From Gemmatimonadaceae bacterium (GTDB lineage: Bacteria; Gemmatimonadota; Gemmatimonadetes; Gemmatimonadales; Gemmatimonadaceae): DNA of 64,000 nucleotides. This document shows positions 42,106-52,107 of the stretch, piece by piece. Under the pieces are notes generated by a model, which saw nothing but the letters and a program-made list of their open reading frames with translations, had not been told where the DNA came from and made no database searches. The DNA is taken from positions 96 through 64,095 of the forward strand of contig DATBRZ010000259.1 of NCBI GenBank assembly GCA_036560025.1. Reading direction: 5' to 3'. Both the position numbers and the translations under genes were made by a program. How positions within the stretch are numbered: position 1 is the first letter of the stretch; the number at the start of each line of letters is the position of its first letter.

Positions 42106-43187
42106 GACACATGAAGATGCACTCTGTCTTGCGAGTCTCGACTACCTCAGCGGTAGTCACGTGCATCCTACCGACGTTTCTCGTCGCGCAAAACAACAAC
42201 TGTGTCGCGACTGCGAACTCGCTGACACCTGCCGGTTGGCGGGCGCCGGCTGCGCCCCCGAGTGCCGGCGGACCCCTGCGGCTGGTGCAGGACATTTCGC
42301 TGCCCGGTCCAGCGAATCGATTCGACTACCAAAGCATCGATCCCGTTAGGCGGCGGCTGTACATCAGCCATATGAATGCCGGACGGGTCGTCGTCTTCGG
42401 CCTCGACTCCTCGCGCGTCGTCGGCGAGGTCGCCGGAACACCACGGGTGACGGGTATATGGGCATTGCCGGCGCACCACATGATCTATGCTTCGGCCGCC
42501 GGCAACCACGAGGTGGTTGGCATCGATGAGCAAACGCTCAGGATCTCGGCTCGCATTGGCGGCATCCGCTTCCCGGACGGCATCGCCTACGCACCATCCG
42601 AGCTCAAGGTATTCGTGTCGGACGAGTCAGGTAGGGCCGATGTGGTGATCGACGCGCGCACGAACAAAAAGCTGGCGACGATCGACCTCGATGGCGAGGC
42701 AGGGAACACGCATTACGACTCCATTTCGCATTGCATTCTCGTCGCTGTGCAGACGCGTAACCAGCTCGTCGCCATCGATCCAGCGAGGGAGAAGATCGTG
42801 GCACGCTACGACCTGCTTGGTTCCGATCACCCACACGGATTCACTCTCGATGAGCCTGGCCGCCTCGCGTTCATCTCGAACGAGGGCAATGGGAAGCTCC
42901 TCGTCGTCGACCTGCGGACGATGCGTGTGCTGTCCACCCATCGGGTCGGTGACGATCCGGACGTCCTAGCCTGGGACCCTGCCTGGCAGCGACTCTACGT
43001 CGCCTCGGAATCCGGCGTCCTCAGCACCTTCCGCGTCGATGGCTCCAAGTTGCAGCCGCTCCCCGAAGTACGCGCCGCACACGCGCATACCGTCTCAGTG
43101 GATCCCCGCACGCATCGAGTGTATCTCCCGCTCGAAAACGTTGGCGGCCGGCCGGTGCTTCGGATCATGGTACCCGAACCACGCTGA
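42102..43187 (+). CDS. secreted YncE/YVTN beta-propeller protein
   Basis: RFDY..IDP..RRLYI, repeated V.VID blades, AHTVSVDP. Confidence 0.87.
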   Translation: MRHMKMHSVLRVSTTSAVVTCILPTFLVAQNNNCVATANSLTPAGWRAPAAPPSAGGPLRLVQDISLPGPANRFDYQSIDPVRRRLYISHMNAGRVVVFGLDSSRVVGEVAGTPRVTGIWALPAHHMIYASAAGNHEVVGIDEQTLRISARIGGIRFPDGIAYAPSELKVFVSDESGRADVVIDARTNKKLATIDLDGEAGNTHYDSISHCILVAVQTRNQLVAIDPAREKIVARYDLLGSDHPHGFTLDEPGRLAFISNEGNGKLLVVDLRTMRVLSTHRVGDDPDVLAWDPAWQRLYVASESGVLSTFRVDGSKLQPLPEVRAAHAHTVSVDPRTHRVYLPLENVGGRPVLRIMVPEPR

Positions 43188-43211
43188 CCTGGATTTAGCT
43201 AACGATAAACG

Positions 43212-45470
43212 TTGCCCAGTTTCGTCAGTTCGACTCGCTATCTCCGACTGGCTGCCCGAGCGCGCAGTTGGTGCGCGACGAGCGCGCTGCTGTACGTTCC
43301 GCTCACGCTCGTCTTGGGGGATTCCGCCGCCGCGCAGAGCCAGCAAGCGATCGGCCGACAGGTGGTGAGGATTACCGAGATTGATGACCAAATGCGGATC
43401 GACGGCCGCCTATCCGAGTCTGTATGGAGCACCGCCGATTCCATCAGCGATCTCACCCAAGTGGAGCCCCGGGAAGGTGCACGTCCCTCGGCACGCACGG
43501 TCGTGCGGATACTCACGACCGAGGACGCAGTGGTAATTGGCGTGCGGGCCGACGATCCCGAGCCGTCCCGTATCGTGAGCTTCGCGCGCCAGCGCGACGC
43601 GATTTTGGACAGCGAGGACCACATCAAGATCGTGCTCGACACGTACCTCGATGGCCGATCCGGATACGTCTTCGCGGTCAATCCGAATGGTGCGCGGTAC
43701 GATGCCCTGATCACGAATCAGGGGGCGGGTGAGAACGCGACCTGGGACGCCGTCTGGCAGGCTGCGACGGTGCGCACCGCGACCGGTTGGTCTGCGGAGA
43801 TCCTGATTCCGCTGAAGAGTCTTCTCTTTCGGCCAGGTCTTACAGAGTGGGGCTTCAACCTGCAGCGGCGGATCCAGCGGCTGCAGGAGACGGATCGCTG
43901 GGCGAGTGCAGAGCGCGACTACAAGGTCACGCAGCCCAGCCGTGCCGGCTTGCTCACGCATCTTCCGCACTTTGAACTCGGCATCGGTCTTAGCGTGCGC
44001 CCGTCCGTGACCGGCGGCCGCGTGCGTGACAGCGCGAGCGCGTCAATGCAGAGCACGAGCAAGACGAGCCTCGACGCGACGCAGCGGCTCGGCGCCAACA
44101 CGCTTGCTTCGCTGACCGTGAACACCGATTTCGCCGAGACCGAGGTCGACGCTCGGCAAGTGAATCTCACCCGCTTTCCGCTCTTCTTCCCCGAGAAGCG
44201 CACATTCTTTCTCGAGGGCGCCGACATCTTCGAATTCGGCCTCGGGCTCACCTCCGATCTCGATGCGCTTCCGTTCTTCAGCCGCAGCATTGGCCTGATT
44301 GCCGGCGAGCAAGTGCCGATTACTGCAGGTGCGAAGATAAATGGCCGAGTCGCTGGAACGAATTTCGGCGCGCTCGCGGTTCGTACGCGGGACACGGACA
44401 CCCTATCCAGCGCGAGCACGATGGCGGTCGTCCGCGTCAAGCAGAATGTCCTGAGTGAATCATCGGTGGGCTTCATTGCAACTGCAGGCGACCCGGTCGG
44501 CCGCTCGCGCAGCTGGCTCTTTGGCCCGGACCTAACCTACCAGACGTCGCACTTCCGGGGTAACAAGAACTTTCTCATTGGCGTGTGGGGCTTGGCCGTC
44601 GGGCGCGAGGATCTGACGCGCGGCGATCGCACAGCAGCCGGCATCAAGGTCGATTATCCCAACGATCTCTGGAACATCAGCCTCAAATACAACCGCATCG
44701 GCGACGCGTTCGATCCCTCGTTAGGCTTCGTCCCACGGCCTGGCGTCCACATCGCGAACGTCGGCGTGGATTGGCAGCCCCGGCCAACGCAGCCCATCGG
44801 GCGGTTACACATTCGCCAATGCTTTTGGGAGAATCAGCTCCGGTATGTCGCCGGACTTAGCGGCGGCTGGCAGAGCTACCGCTATTTCATGGCGCCGGTC
44901 AACTGCCGTTTGGAGAGCGGCGATCGATTCGAGTTCAACTTCGTTCCGACCGGGGAGCGACTCCTTACTCCGTTCGAGTTGACCGACAAAATCACCATCC
45001 CTGTCGGCGCGTATGAATTCATCCGGTTTCGGCTGGAGGGCGGACTTGCCGCAAAGCGTCGGTTCAGCGCACAAGCGACGTGGTGGTTCGGCCAATTCTA
45101 CGATGGACGGCTCGATCAGTACGAATTAACCGGCGCGTGGAAGCCGTCATCGCTCATAATCGTGGAATTCACTGGCGAGCACGATGTGGGTCGGCTCCGG
45201 GAGGGCAACTTCACGCACGATCTGTTTGGTACACGTCTCGGGCTCAATGTCTCGCCCGACCTGCAGCTCACAAGCTTCGTGCAGTATGACACCGAGTCTG
45301 AATCGTTCGGTACGAATACCCGGCTCCGTTGGACCTTCAATCCACTCGGGGATTTCTTTGTTGTTTATAACCACAACCTGCGGACACGCGATCCGTTAAC
45401 ACTTCGGCGTGAGCTTGTGTTCGCGTCGAATCAGCTCCTGGTCAAGGCGCAGTACGCGTTTCGGTACTGA
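43212..45470 (+). CDS. CBM9-like + DUF5916 outer-membrane protein
   Basis: IDG.L.E..W, VNTDFAETEVD, FPEKRTFFLEG, terminal YAFRY. Confidence 0.88.
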   Translation: MPSFVSSTRYLRLAARARSWCATSALLYVPLTLVLGDSAAAQSQQAIGRQVVRITEIDDQMRIDGRLSESVWSTADSISDLTQVEPREGARPSARTVVRILTTEDAVVIGVRADDPEPSRIVSFARQRDAILDSEDHIKIVLDTYLDGRSGYVFAVNPNGARYDALITNQGAGENATWDAVWQAATVRTATGWSAEILIPLKSLLFRPGLTEWGFNLQRRIQRLQETDRWASAERDYKVTQPSRAGLLTHLPHFELGIGLSVRPSVTGGRVRDSASASMQSTSKTSLDATQRLGANTLASLTVNTDFAETEVDARQVNLTRFPLFFPEKRTFFLEGADIFEFGLGLTSDLDALPFFSRSIGLIAGEQVPITAGAKINGRVAGTNFGALAVRTRDTDTLSSASTMAVVRVKQNVLSESSVGFIATAGDPVGRSRSWLFGPDLTYQTSHFRGNKNFLIGVWGLAVGREDLTRGDRTAAGIKVDYPNDLWNISLKYNRIGDAFDPSLGFVPRPGVHIANVGVDWQPRPTQPIGRLHIRQCFWENQLRYVAGLSGGWQSYRYFMAPVNCRLESGDRFEFNFVPTGERLLTPFELTDKITIPVGAYEFIRFRLEGGLAAKRRFSAQATWWFGQFYDGRLDQYELTGAWKPSSLIIVEFTGEHDVGRLREGNFTHDLFGTRLGLNVSPDLQLTSFVQYDTESESFGTNTRLRWTFNPLGDFFVVYNHNLRTRDPLTLRRELVFASNQLLVKAQYAFRY

Positions 45471-45578
45471 GCACAAGCTGGGCACGAGTGTCTTCCGCCT
45501 GCGCCTAATCGAGAGCTGAAGAAAAGTTCCTTGAGGGCGTCAACTGGCGCCATGCGGGGCTCAAGCCTTGCGGCGTGC

Positions 45579-46244
45579 CTAACTCGCCGATCCGGGCTGC
45601 CCGATTCGATTGGATGCGGCGAGCGGCTCGTGCTCCGAGAGGAGTTTCGTAACGAATCGCTGACCCTCGGAAATCCGCTCGATCTCGACCGCAATCGCTT
45701 CCATTCCGTGTTCCAGCCGCTCGAGCCGCGCAGCGGATTCGGCGGGTAGCTGATCCCGGCGCGGTGCGCTGCGGCGCCAGCGGCGGCGCATGAAGAAGTA
45801 CACGATGAGTGCGCCAAGGAAAGCGAACCCCCCGCCGAACGCGAATCCTTCTTCCCAACCGTCGCTTTGGTTGGCTTGACGCGTTTGGGTGAATTCGACC
45901 AGATCACCGGGAGCAGACGCAAGCTGGCTTCCAACCGCAGCGATGTCGGTCTCTAGCTGCAGGATGCGATCATCCAGCACTCGAATTCTGTTTTCGAGAC
46001 CCGTTCGACTCACTCCGTTCGGCGCAGTCTTTATTTCCTCGGAGAGCTCACTTCGGCGCTCGGTGGCGCTCGTGAGCTGATCGGAGAGCTGACTGCGTCG
46101 TGCGAGTAACCCCTCGACCTCCGATGACGTTCGCGGAACTGTGATCGTTAGCGGTTTTCCATCCGCTCCGACTGTCGTAATCGAAATGGGAGGCGACGGC
46201 GCTTGGGGCGCGGCAGGTGTCTGGCCTTGTGTCGAAGCTTGCAT
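45579..46244 (-). CDS. hypothetical coiled-coil/TM protein
   Basis: Coiled coil, TM, RRRWRR, RLERLE...EIERISEGQRFVTKLL; GAGG RBS. Confidence 0.8.
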   Translation of the reverse strand: MQASTQGQTPAAPQAPSPPISITTVGADGKPLTITVPRTSSEVEGLLARRSQLSDQLTSATERRSELSEEIKTAPNGVSRTGLENRIRVLDDRILQLETDIAAVGSQLASAPGDLVEFTQTRQANQSDGWEEGFAFGGGFAFLGALIVYFFMRRRWRRSAPRRDQLPAESAARLERLEHGMEAIAVEIERISEGQRFVTKLLSEHEPLAASNRIGQPGSAS

Positions 46245-46292
46245 TGAAACCTCTACGGTGCCCGCGCCAGGCGAGTTACAAGAAAGAGCGCG

Positions 46293-46901
46293 TTATCTCT
46301 TGATCGTCACGTACTGCTCGAGGCGCGCCACCTCGGCGTTATCGACGTACTTGCCAATCTCGCGGCGAAAGCGCGCGATATCGCTATACGGTCGATACTC
46401 CTCGAATTCGTGACGCATTCTGGGACCGACACCAGGGATCAACAGTATCTCGTCGCCGATTGCGGTATTGAGATCGATCGGGATCCAGAGCCGCCCATAC
46501 ACGGCTTTGCGCTGGTCGGCATTGAGGCGCGTTGAAAGCACGCGGTTGACCGCGAGATTGTCGCTGTAGGGACGACCGGCAACGATCGCGTCCGCGACGG
46601 CGCCGTCGATTCCCGCGATTGCCAGCAGCTGCTCGCGAGTGGCTGAATTCGGATTGACCAGTCCGGACGATGTCGAGGCCGCACCGGTCGATGCGGCGGC
46701 TCCGCCCGAGGCAGCTTGCGTTGCGCTTCCTGCTTCGGCTGCAGCACTTGGCGCGGGCATCGTGCCTGCCGCAGTGGCGGCAGGAGTTACAGCCGCGGTA
46801 TCGACCGCGACACTATCCACACTCTTCTTTTGTGCTGTGCACGCCAGCGCTAACGCAAGCAGGGCCGCCGCTGCCGCAGACTTCCAGAAATTGCTGTTCA
46901 T
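46293..46901 (-). CDS. helix-hairpin-helix (ComEA-like) lipoprotein
   Basis: LALAC lipobox, Ala-rich linker, VNPNSA...IAGID and IDLNTA...IPGVG; start ATG 46901. Confidence 0.85.
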   Translation of the reverse strand: MNSNFWKSAAAAALLALALACTAQKKSVDSVAVDTAAVTPAATAAGTMPAPSAAAEAGSATQAASGGAAASTGAASTSSGLVNPNSATREQLLAIAGIDGAVADAIVAGRPYSDNLAVNRVLSTRLNADQRKAVYGRLWIPIDLNTAIGDEILLIPGVGPRMRHEFEEYRPYSDIARFRREIGKYVDNAEVARLEQYVTIKR

Positions 46902-47344
46902 CGATCGTCTCCGTTTGTGCGATTCTTGGCTCTCATCGATGGGTGACGATACGCAAAAGCGAAACCAACGAGCGCAAGCTGCACCAACGCGCCCGGCGCG
47001 AGCGACGGCGTTGCGCCACGCAGCGCTTCCCATACGAGTCGCGGTCCATGGAGCGTGCTGTCACGCTCCGTTTCGAATTCAACATTACCGCGATAGTGCA
47101 GAATGACTCCAAGTACTCCGGCAACAAGGCCGGCCACCATGGCAGCCTGAAACAATCGCAAAGTGTTCGGCGATGGACGGCGCCATACGATCGCAGTCGC
47201 AACGAGAATGAATGCGAGGACAAAAAAAGGAATCCACTGCGTCGCCGAGTCGCGGTGATCGAGAAGCGACAGCTCGAGCAGTAACCCGAGTGCGCCGATA
47301 GCAACAATTGCGAGAAGTATTGCTCGGAGCCGCGAAGAATCCAT
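46898..47344 (-). CDS. 4-TM hypothetical membrane protein
   Basis: Four hydrophobic segments, LLDH, LHYRGN, PSLAPG; GGAAGG RBS; ATGA-coupled to the HhH gene. Confidence 0.8.
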   Translation of the reverse strand: MDSSRLRAILLAIVAIGALGLLLELSLLDHRDSATQWIPFFVLAFILVATAIVWRRPSPNTLRLFQAAMVAGLVAGVLGVILHYRGNVEFETERDSTLHGPRLVWEALRGATPSLAPGALVQLALVGFAFAYRHPSMRAKNRTNGDDR

Positions 47345-47358
47345 CGAGCCTTCCACCG

Positions 47359-49056
47359 TTACGGCCTCCTGGCGGGCGGCGCGCGACGTTGCGACAGAGG
47401 ACAACCTCGGAACGAATTCGGGGCAGTCACATTTTTCCTGGGAGGCGCGCTTGTATCGATTTGCGCGAGTGAAGCGTTCGACCAGCTCAGCTCGTTGATG
47501 ACGCAGAAATCATCGCGTCGCGCCAGGAGGATCGGATGTAGGTAGTGTGGTCCCAGACCTGGAATCTGATCAACAACGACGTAGTTCGCTCCGACAGAAT
47601 CCGCCGCGCGGTAGAATTGTTCCGGGTCGCTGCTCAGCGGATAAAGTGCGCTGCGATATCCGGATCGCATGAAGAAAATCGACGGTTTCCTCGAAAGAAC
47701 GACCGAGCCGGCCGGGAGCTTGCCGCGCGTTTCGTCGGCAAGATGGAAAAAGGCAGCGTAGGTCGAATCCGTGCATGCCAAGGTCACATCTGCCGTCTCA
47801 GCTCGACATCCTGCGCTGTTGCGAAACTCGCGTGACAGATCGGGAATCAGCAGCACCACCAGTATGGCGCAAGCAGTAACTGGCACCAGCGCTTCCGCCT
47901 TGGGCACCGGACGCAGCATCCACGGGAGTGTCTGGCACGCGTACAACAGGAGAAGGGGCAGAAGCGGCAGGATGAATCGCTCGCTCGACCACGTCGAAGG
48001 CCAGAGCAGAATCAATCCGACGTAAAGCACAACCCAGATCTCTGGAAGGGCGGGCTTTCGAAGCCGGCGTATCCATCCACTGACCGCCAAGGCGGCCACG
48101 GGAATTCCGAGCCACATCCCAGGCCATCTCCGTCCGGTGAGACTCGTCGGAATGCCTGTTCCAAGGTAGTAGGTCAGGTTGCGTCCGATTCGCTCGGGAA
48201 GATCGGAAAGCCCAATCGTTCCCTGCGACGGGTCGTACGGATTCCGTGCCATGAATGGTGCGACGTAACCGCCATGACCAGCTGACTGTGTGCGTATCCA
48301 CCAAAGCAGGATCGGGGGCAGCACGACTGCGAGGAGCACGGCGAGTGCGGCCGGCCGACGGCGATACAGCACCCAGATCGCTGCGGCCGCAACGAGCGGC
48401 AGCCCCGCCGACCTCGTAAAGTTCGCCAGCACTATTGCTGCAGCGGCAACTGCAACATCCAGTTTTTCGTCTCGCGGCGAGACAAATGCGCCCGCATCGA
48501 CATTTTCCTGATATCGCTGCCACAACAGCAGGGCGAGCATCGTCATCGCCCAGAACGGAACGTCCGATAATACCGCGTGGCTGATCGTCGCAAGGCCGGG
48601 TGACAGTGCGAGTGCGAAACCCACCGCCGCCGAGATCACTGTGCCTGCGATTTTCCGCATCCAGGCGACAGAGAGTCCGATCGCACACGCCGAGAAAACG
48701 ATGATGATCATCTTCAGGCCAAACGCGGGAGTAAGTCCGACAGCGAGACCGCCGGCGAGTATCAGCGGGAAGACCGGCGGATACTGAACATGCGGCGGCG
48801 TGAGCGGATCCCAGATGTCTCTGTATGTCCCAGTTGTCAGGAGCGACCGCGCTAGCGCGAGGTACGTCGCATCATCTCCGCCAGTTGGCGGTGCTGGATT
48901 GTATGCCGCGAGGAGGACAAAGAAGTGGAGCACGGCGAGCGCGACCGGCAACGCCCACGACGGCCACGGGCGCGTCGCCGTTTGTTTTTCGGCCGTCGCT
49001 TGCGGTTTGGCGGCTGCCGCTCGCCGTCGGCGAGTGGCGCGTGAGCGCGCCGTCAT
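47359..49056 (-). CDS. GT-C (ArnT/PMT-like) membrane glycosyltransferase
   Basis: GDDATY after TM1, YPPVFP, SDVPF, ERFILP; multi-TM; start ATG 49056. Confidence 0.85.
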   Translation of the reverse strand: MTARSRATRRRRAAAAKPQATAEKQTATRPWPSWALPVALAVLHFFVLLAAYNPAPPTGGDDATYLALARSLLTTGTYRDIWDPLTPPHVQYPPVFPLILAGGLAVGLTPAFGLKMIIIVFSACAIGLSVAWMRKIAGTVISAAVGFALALSPGLATISHAVLSDVPFWAMTMLALLLWQRYQENVDAGAFVSPRDEKLDVAVAAAAIVLANFTRSAGLPLVAAAAIWVLYRRRPAALAVLLAVVLPPILLWWIRTQSAGHGGYVAPFMARNPYDPSQGTIGLSDLPERIGRNLTYYLGTGIPTSLTGRRWPGMWLGIPVAALAVSGWIRRLRKPALPEIWVVLYVGLILLWPSTWSSERFILPLLPLLLLYACQTLPWMLRPVPKAEALVPVTACAILVVLLIPDLSREFRNSAGCRAETADVTLACTDSTYAAFFHLADETRGKLPAGSVVLSRKPSIFFMRSGYRSALYPLSSDPEQFYRAADSVGANYVVVDQIPGLGPHYLHPILLARRDDFCVINELSWSNASLAQIDTSAPPRKNVTAPNSFRGCPLSQRRAPPARRP

Positions 49057-49760
49057 TGTGCGGATTCTGTAATTCCGGCGAAGAACGCGTCGAGCTTCGC
49101 CCCATCTAGGCGCCCGCCTGTGCGAACGCCGCTGCAAATATCCACTCCGAATGGACGAACAGTTGCGACAGCCTCAGCCACGTTCGAGGCATTGAGTCCG
49201 CCCGCAAGAAATACGGGAACCTGCACCGCGTCGCGAATGCGCCTGCTGATCTGCCAGTCATGGCGCCTTCCCGTTCCGCCAAGCTCTTTTACGGCGAGGG
49301 AGGGATTGCCCGAATCGAGCAAAATGCCATCGACGTGGGAGCTCACCGCATTTGCCTCGTCGATCGAATTTTCACCCGTTACGTGAATCACCTGAACGAT
49401 TGCGACAGCCGGCAAGAGCTCGCGGAGCCGTCGATGGCCATCGGGCTCGATTCTGTCGACCAGCTGGACCGTGTTGACGCCGGAACGACGCACCTGTCGA
49501 GCGATCGACTCGGCGCTCGTTTCGCACGTAAGCAGAAACGTTGCAATGCTGGGAGGCACGCTCCGCGCAATCTGATCGATCAGATCGTCGTCGATCACGC
49601 CGGGTCCGCTTGGCATTGCCGAGACGAGTCCGATTGCATCTGCGCCGCTAGCGATTGCTAGCTCGGCCTCAGCGACGCTTCCCATGCAGCAGATCTTTAC
49701 GCGCGTGCGACCGACGTCGTGGTCGTTGCGCTCACGATCTCCAAAAAGCGGATGAATCAT
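49053..49760 (-). CDS. trpF: phosphoribosylanthranilate isomerase-like protein
   Basis: RVKICC, GADAIG, LLDS, GGTG..HDW, LAGGL, GVDICSGV; start uncertain. Confidence 0.8.
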   Translation of the reverse strand: MIHPLFGDRERNDHDVGRTRVKICCMGSVAEAELAIASGADAIGLVSAMPSGPGVIDDDLIDQIARSVPPSIATFLLTCETSAESIARQVRRSGVNTVQLVDRIEPDGHRRLRELLPAVAIVQVIHVTGENSIDEANAVSSHVDGILLDSGNPSLAVKELGGTGRRHDWQISRRIRDAVQVPVFLAGGLNASNVAEAVATVRPFGVDICSGVRTGGRLDGAKLDAFFAGITESAQ

Positions 49761-49882
49761 GGCGAACAGTAACACGAAGCTCGCCGGCACCTCAATGAAA
49801 GCAACTTCGGAGCACTTCTCGCATCTGCTGACTAAGCTTCTGTGATCTCGGATCTCTGATTTTCGAAGTTTGCCATTCTCAG

Positions 49883-51709
49883 ATGAGCACCTACGTCCTC
49901 GGTCTATCCGCCTTCTATCACGACAGTGCCGCGTGCCTGCTGCGTGACGGTGAAATAGTCGCCGCCGCGCAGGAGGAAAGATTTACGCGAAAGAAGGGAG
50001 ACGAATCGTTTCCGTCGAACGCGGCGCGCTACTGCCTGACCGCTTCCGGAATCGAGATCAAGGATCTGACGGCCGTCGCATTCTACGACAAACCGTTGCT
50101 CAAATTCGAGCGAATCATAGAGACCTACCTCAGCGTGGCCCCCAGCGGGTTTCAGTCGTTCAGGAAAGCCGGCCCGCTGTGGATGAAAGAGAAGCTCTAC
50201 ACCGACAACGCGATTCGTGAAGGACTCGGCGGATTCAAAGGTCGCGTGTTGTACGCCGAGCACCACGAGTCACACGCAGCGAGTGCTTTCCTCGCTTCAC
50301 CGTTCGAGCGGTCAGCGATACTCACGATCGACGGGGTTGGGGAATGGGCGACGGCGTCTATCGGCGTCGGTCAGGGCGCAGACTTCGAGCTTCTGCGCGA
50401 GCTCGATTGGCCTGACTCTCTCGGACTGCTCTACTCCGCGTTCACCTATCACATCGGATTCAAGGTGAACTCCGGCGAGTACAAGGTGATGGGTCTCGCA
50501 CCGTATGGATCGCCGCGCTACGTCGACGCGATCTTGAGCGAGCTTGTCGATCTCCGTGACGACGGCTCGTTCCGCCTCAATCAGGAATACTTCGATTACC
50601 TCTCGGGACTGACGATGACGAACAACGCGTTCAGTCGGCTGTTCGACGGACCCCCGAGACTGCCTGAGTCGCTGCTGACGCAGCGTGAGATGGATATGGC
50701 GCACAGTATCCAGCACGTCTGCGAACAAATCGTTTTGCGGATGGCGCGGTCAGCGCATTCACTGACCGGAGAGCGGAACCTCTGCCTCGCGGGAGGCGTT
50801 GCTCTCAATGCGGTCGCGAACGGACGAGTTCTACGCGAATCACGATTCGATGGTCTCTGGATTCAGCCGGCTGCAGGCGATGCGGGCGGAGCGGTTGGTG
50901 CGGCTCTGATAGTGTGGCACCGCTACTTGAACGGCGGGCGTGACGTCCAGGCTCTACAGACGGACGCGATGAAGGGAAGCTTCCTCGGCCCCGAATACAG
51001 CGATGCCGAAATAGAGAGAGCACTTACGGACGAGAAGGCAACATTCGAGCAGCTCGGCCGAGATGAGATGATCGAGAGTGTGGCATCGCTTATCGCCGCC
51101 GGAGCGGTCGTTGGCTGGTTCCAGGGCAGGATGGAATTCGGACCGCGCGCGTTGGGAGCTCGCAGCATTCTCGCCGATCCACGGAACCCGAAGATGCAGG
51201 CGCTGATCAATCTCAAGATCAAGTTTCGCGAGGGCTTCAGGCCGTTTGCGCCGAGTGTTCTGCTCGAGCGCGCGAAGGAGTACTTCGATCTGGACGGTGA
51301 GTCACCGTACATGCTCATCGTCGTGCCGGTTTGCGAAGAGCGACGGCTGCCGCCGCCCGAGAATATCAGTGAGCTGTGGGGAATAGATCAGCTGAACGTG
51401 CCGAGGTCAGACATACCTGCCGTTACGCATCTCGATTATTCAGCGCGAATTCAGACCGTCACCCGCGACCGCAGCCCGCTCTATTACGGCCTCATCAAGT
51501 CGTTCGAGCGACAAACGGGATGTGCGGTACTCGTCAACACCTCATTCAATGTGAGAGGCGAGCCGATAGTGTGCACACCGCGCGACGCGTATCGGTGCTT
51601 CATGCGAACGGAGCTCGATTATCTGGCGATCGGTTCATTTCTGCTGGCGAAATCGACTCAACCACAACGAGCGGAGGGCGCCTGGAAGCAGCCAGTTCAG
51701 CTGGATTGA
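49883..51709 (+). CDS. O-carbamoyltransferase (NodU/CmcH/TobZ/SxtI family)
   Basis: HDSAA, EERF.R.K, HHESHA, DGVGE, GEYKVMGLA, EFGPRALG.RS, RPFAP, NTSFN. Confidence 0.96.
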   Translation: MSTYVLGLSAFYHDSAACLLRDGEIVAAAQEERFTRKKGDESFPSNAARYCLTASGIEIKDLTAVAFYDKPLLKFERIIETYLSVAPSGFQSFRKAGPLWMKEKLYTDNAIREGLGGFKGRVLYAEHHESHAASAFLASPFERSAILTIDGVGEWATASIGVGQGADFELLRELDWPDSLGLLYSAFTYHIGFKVNSGEYKVMGLAPYGSPRYVDAILSELVDLRDDGSFRLNQEYFDYLSGLTMTNNAFSRLFDGPPRLPESLLTQREMDMAHSIQHVCEQIVLRMARSAHSLTGERNLCLAGGVALNAVANGRVLRESRFDGLWIQPAAGDAGGAVGAALIVWHRYLNGGRDVQALQTDAMKGSFLGPEYSDAEIERALTDEKATFEQLGRDEMIESVASLIAAGAVVGWFQGRMEFGPRALGARSILADPRNPKMQALINLKIKFREGFRPFAPSVLLERAKEYFDLDGESPYMLIVVPVCEERRLPPPENISELWGIDQLNVPRSDIPAVTHLDYSARIQTVTRDRSPLYYGLIKSFERQTGCAVLVNTSFNVRGEPIVCTPRDAYRCFMRTELDYLAIGSFLLAKSTQPQRAEGAWKQPVQLD

Positions 51710-52095
51710 CGAGCGCTGAGGGACGGAGGTTCGCGTGGACTCTGGCGGCGGCGTTCGCCGTACTTGGCGCGCTCCTCTGGTGGAGACATCGCGCCACGCC
51801 GGCAATTGTCGCGGCGAGCCTGTCTCTTCTAATGTTGCTGGCCGGAGCTTTTGTCCCGTCGCGGCTCGGACCGGTCCAGCGCGCCTGGATGGGACTCGCG
51901 CACGCGATCTCCAGGGTTACAACGCCGATATTTCTGGCAATCGTGTACTTTCTGGTTCTCACTCCAGCGGGATTCATGAGACGGACAGTTGGAGGGAATC
52001 CGCTCGTGCGCGACGCGAAAGCGGGAAGCTTCTGGGTCGAGCGCGACCGGCTGTCTCAGGACCGGAAACGGCAGCGACTCGAGCGTCAGTTCTAA
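51706..52095 (+). CDS. SxtJ-family membrane protein
   Basis: RRF, TMs, P..L.P..RAWM, YFLVLTP.G, SFW..R, terminal ERQF; start approximate. Confidence 0.85.
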   Translation: MTSAEGRRFAWTLAAAFAVLGALLWWRHRATPAIVAASLSLLMLLAGAFVPSRLGPVQRAWMGLAHAISRVTTPIFLAIVYFLVLTPAGFMRRTVGGNPLVRDAKAGSFWVERDRLSQDRKRQRLERQF

Positions 52096-52107
52096 AGGAA
52101 GAGCGCG

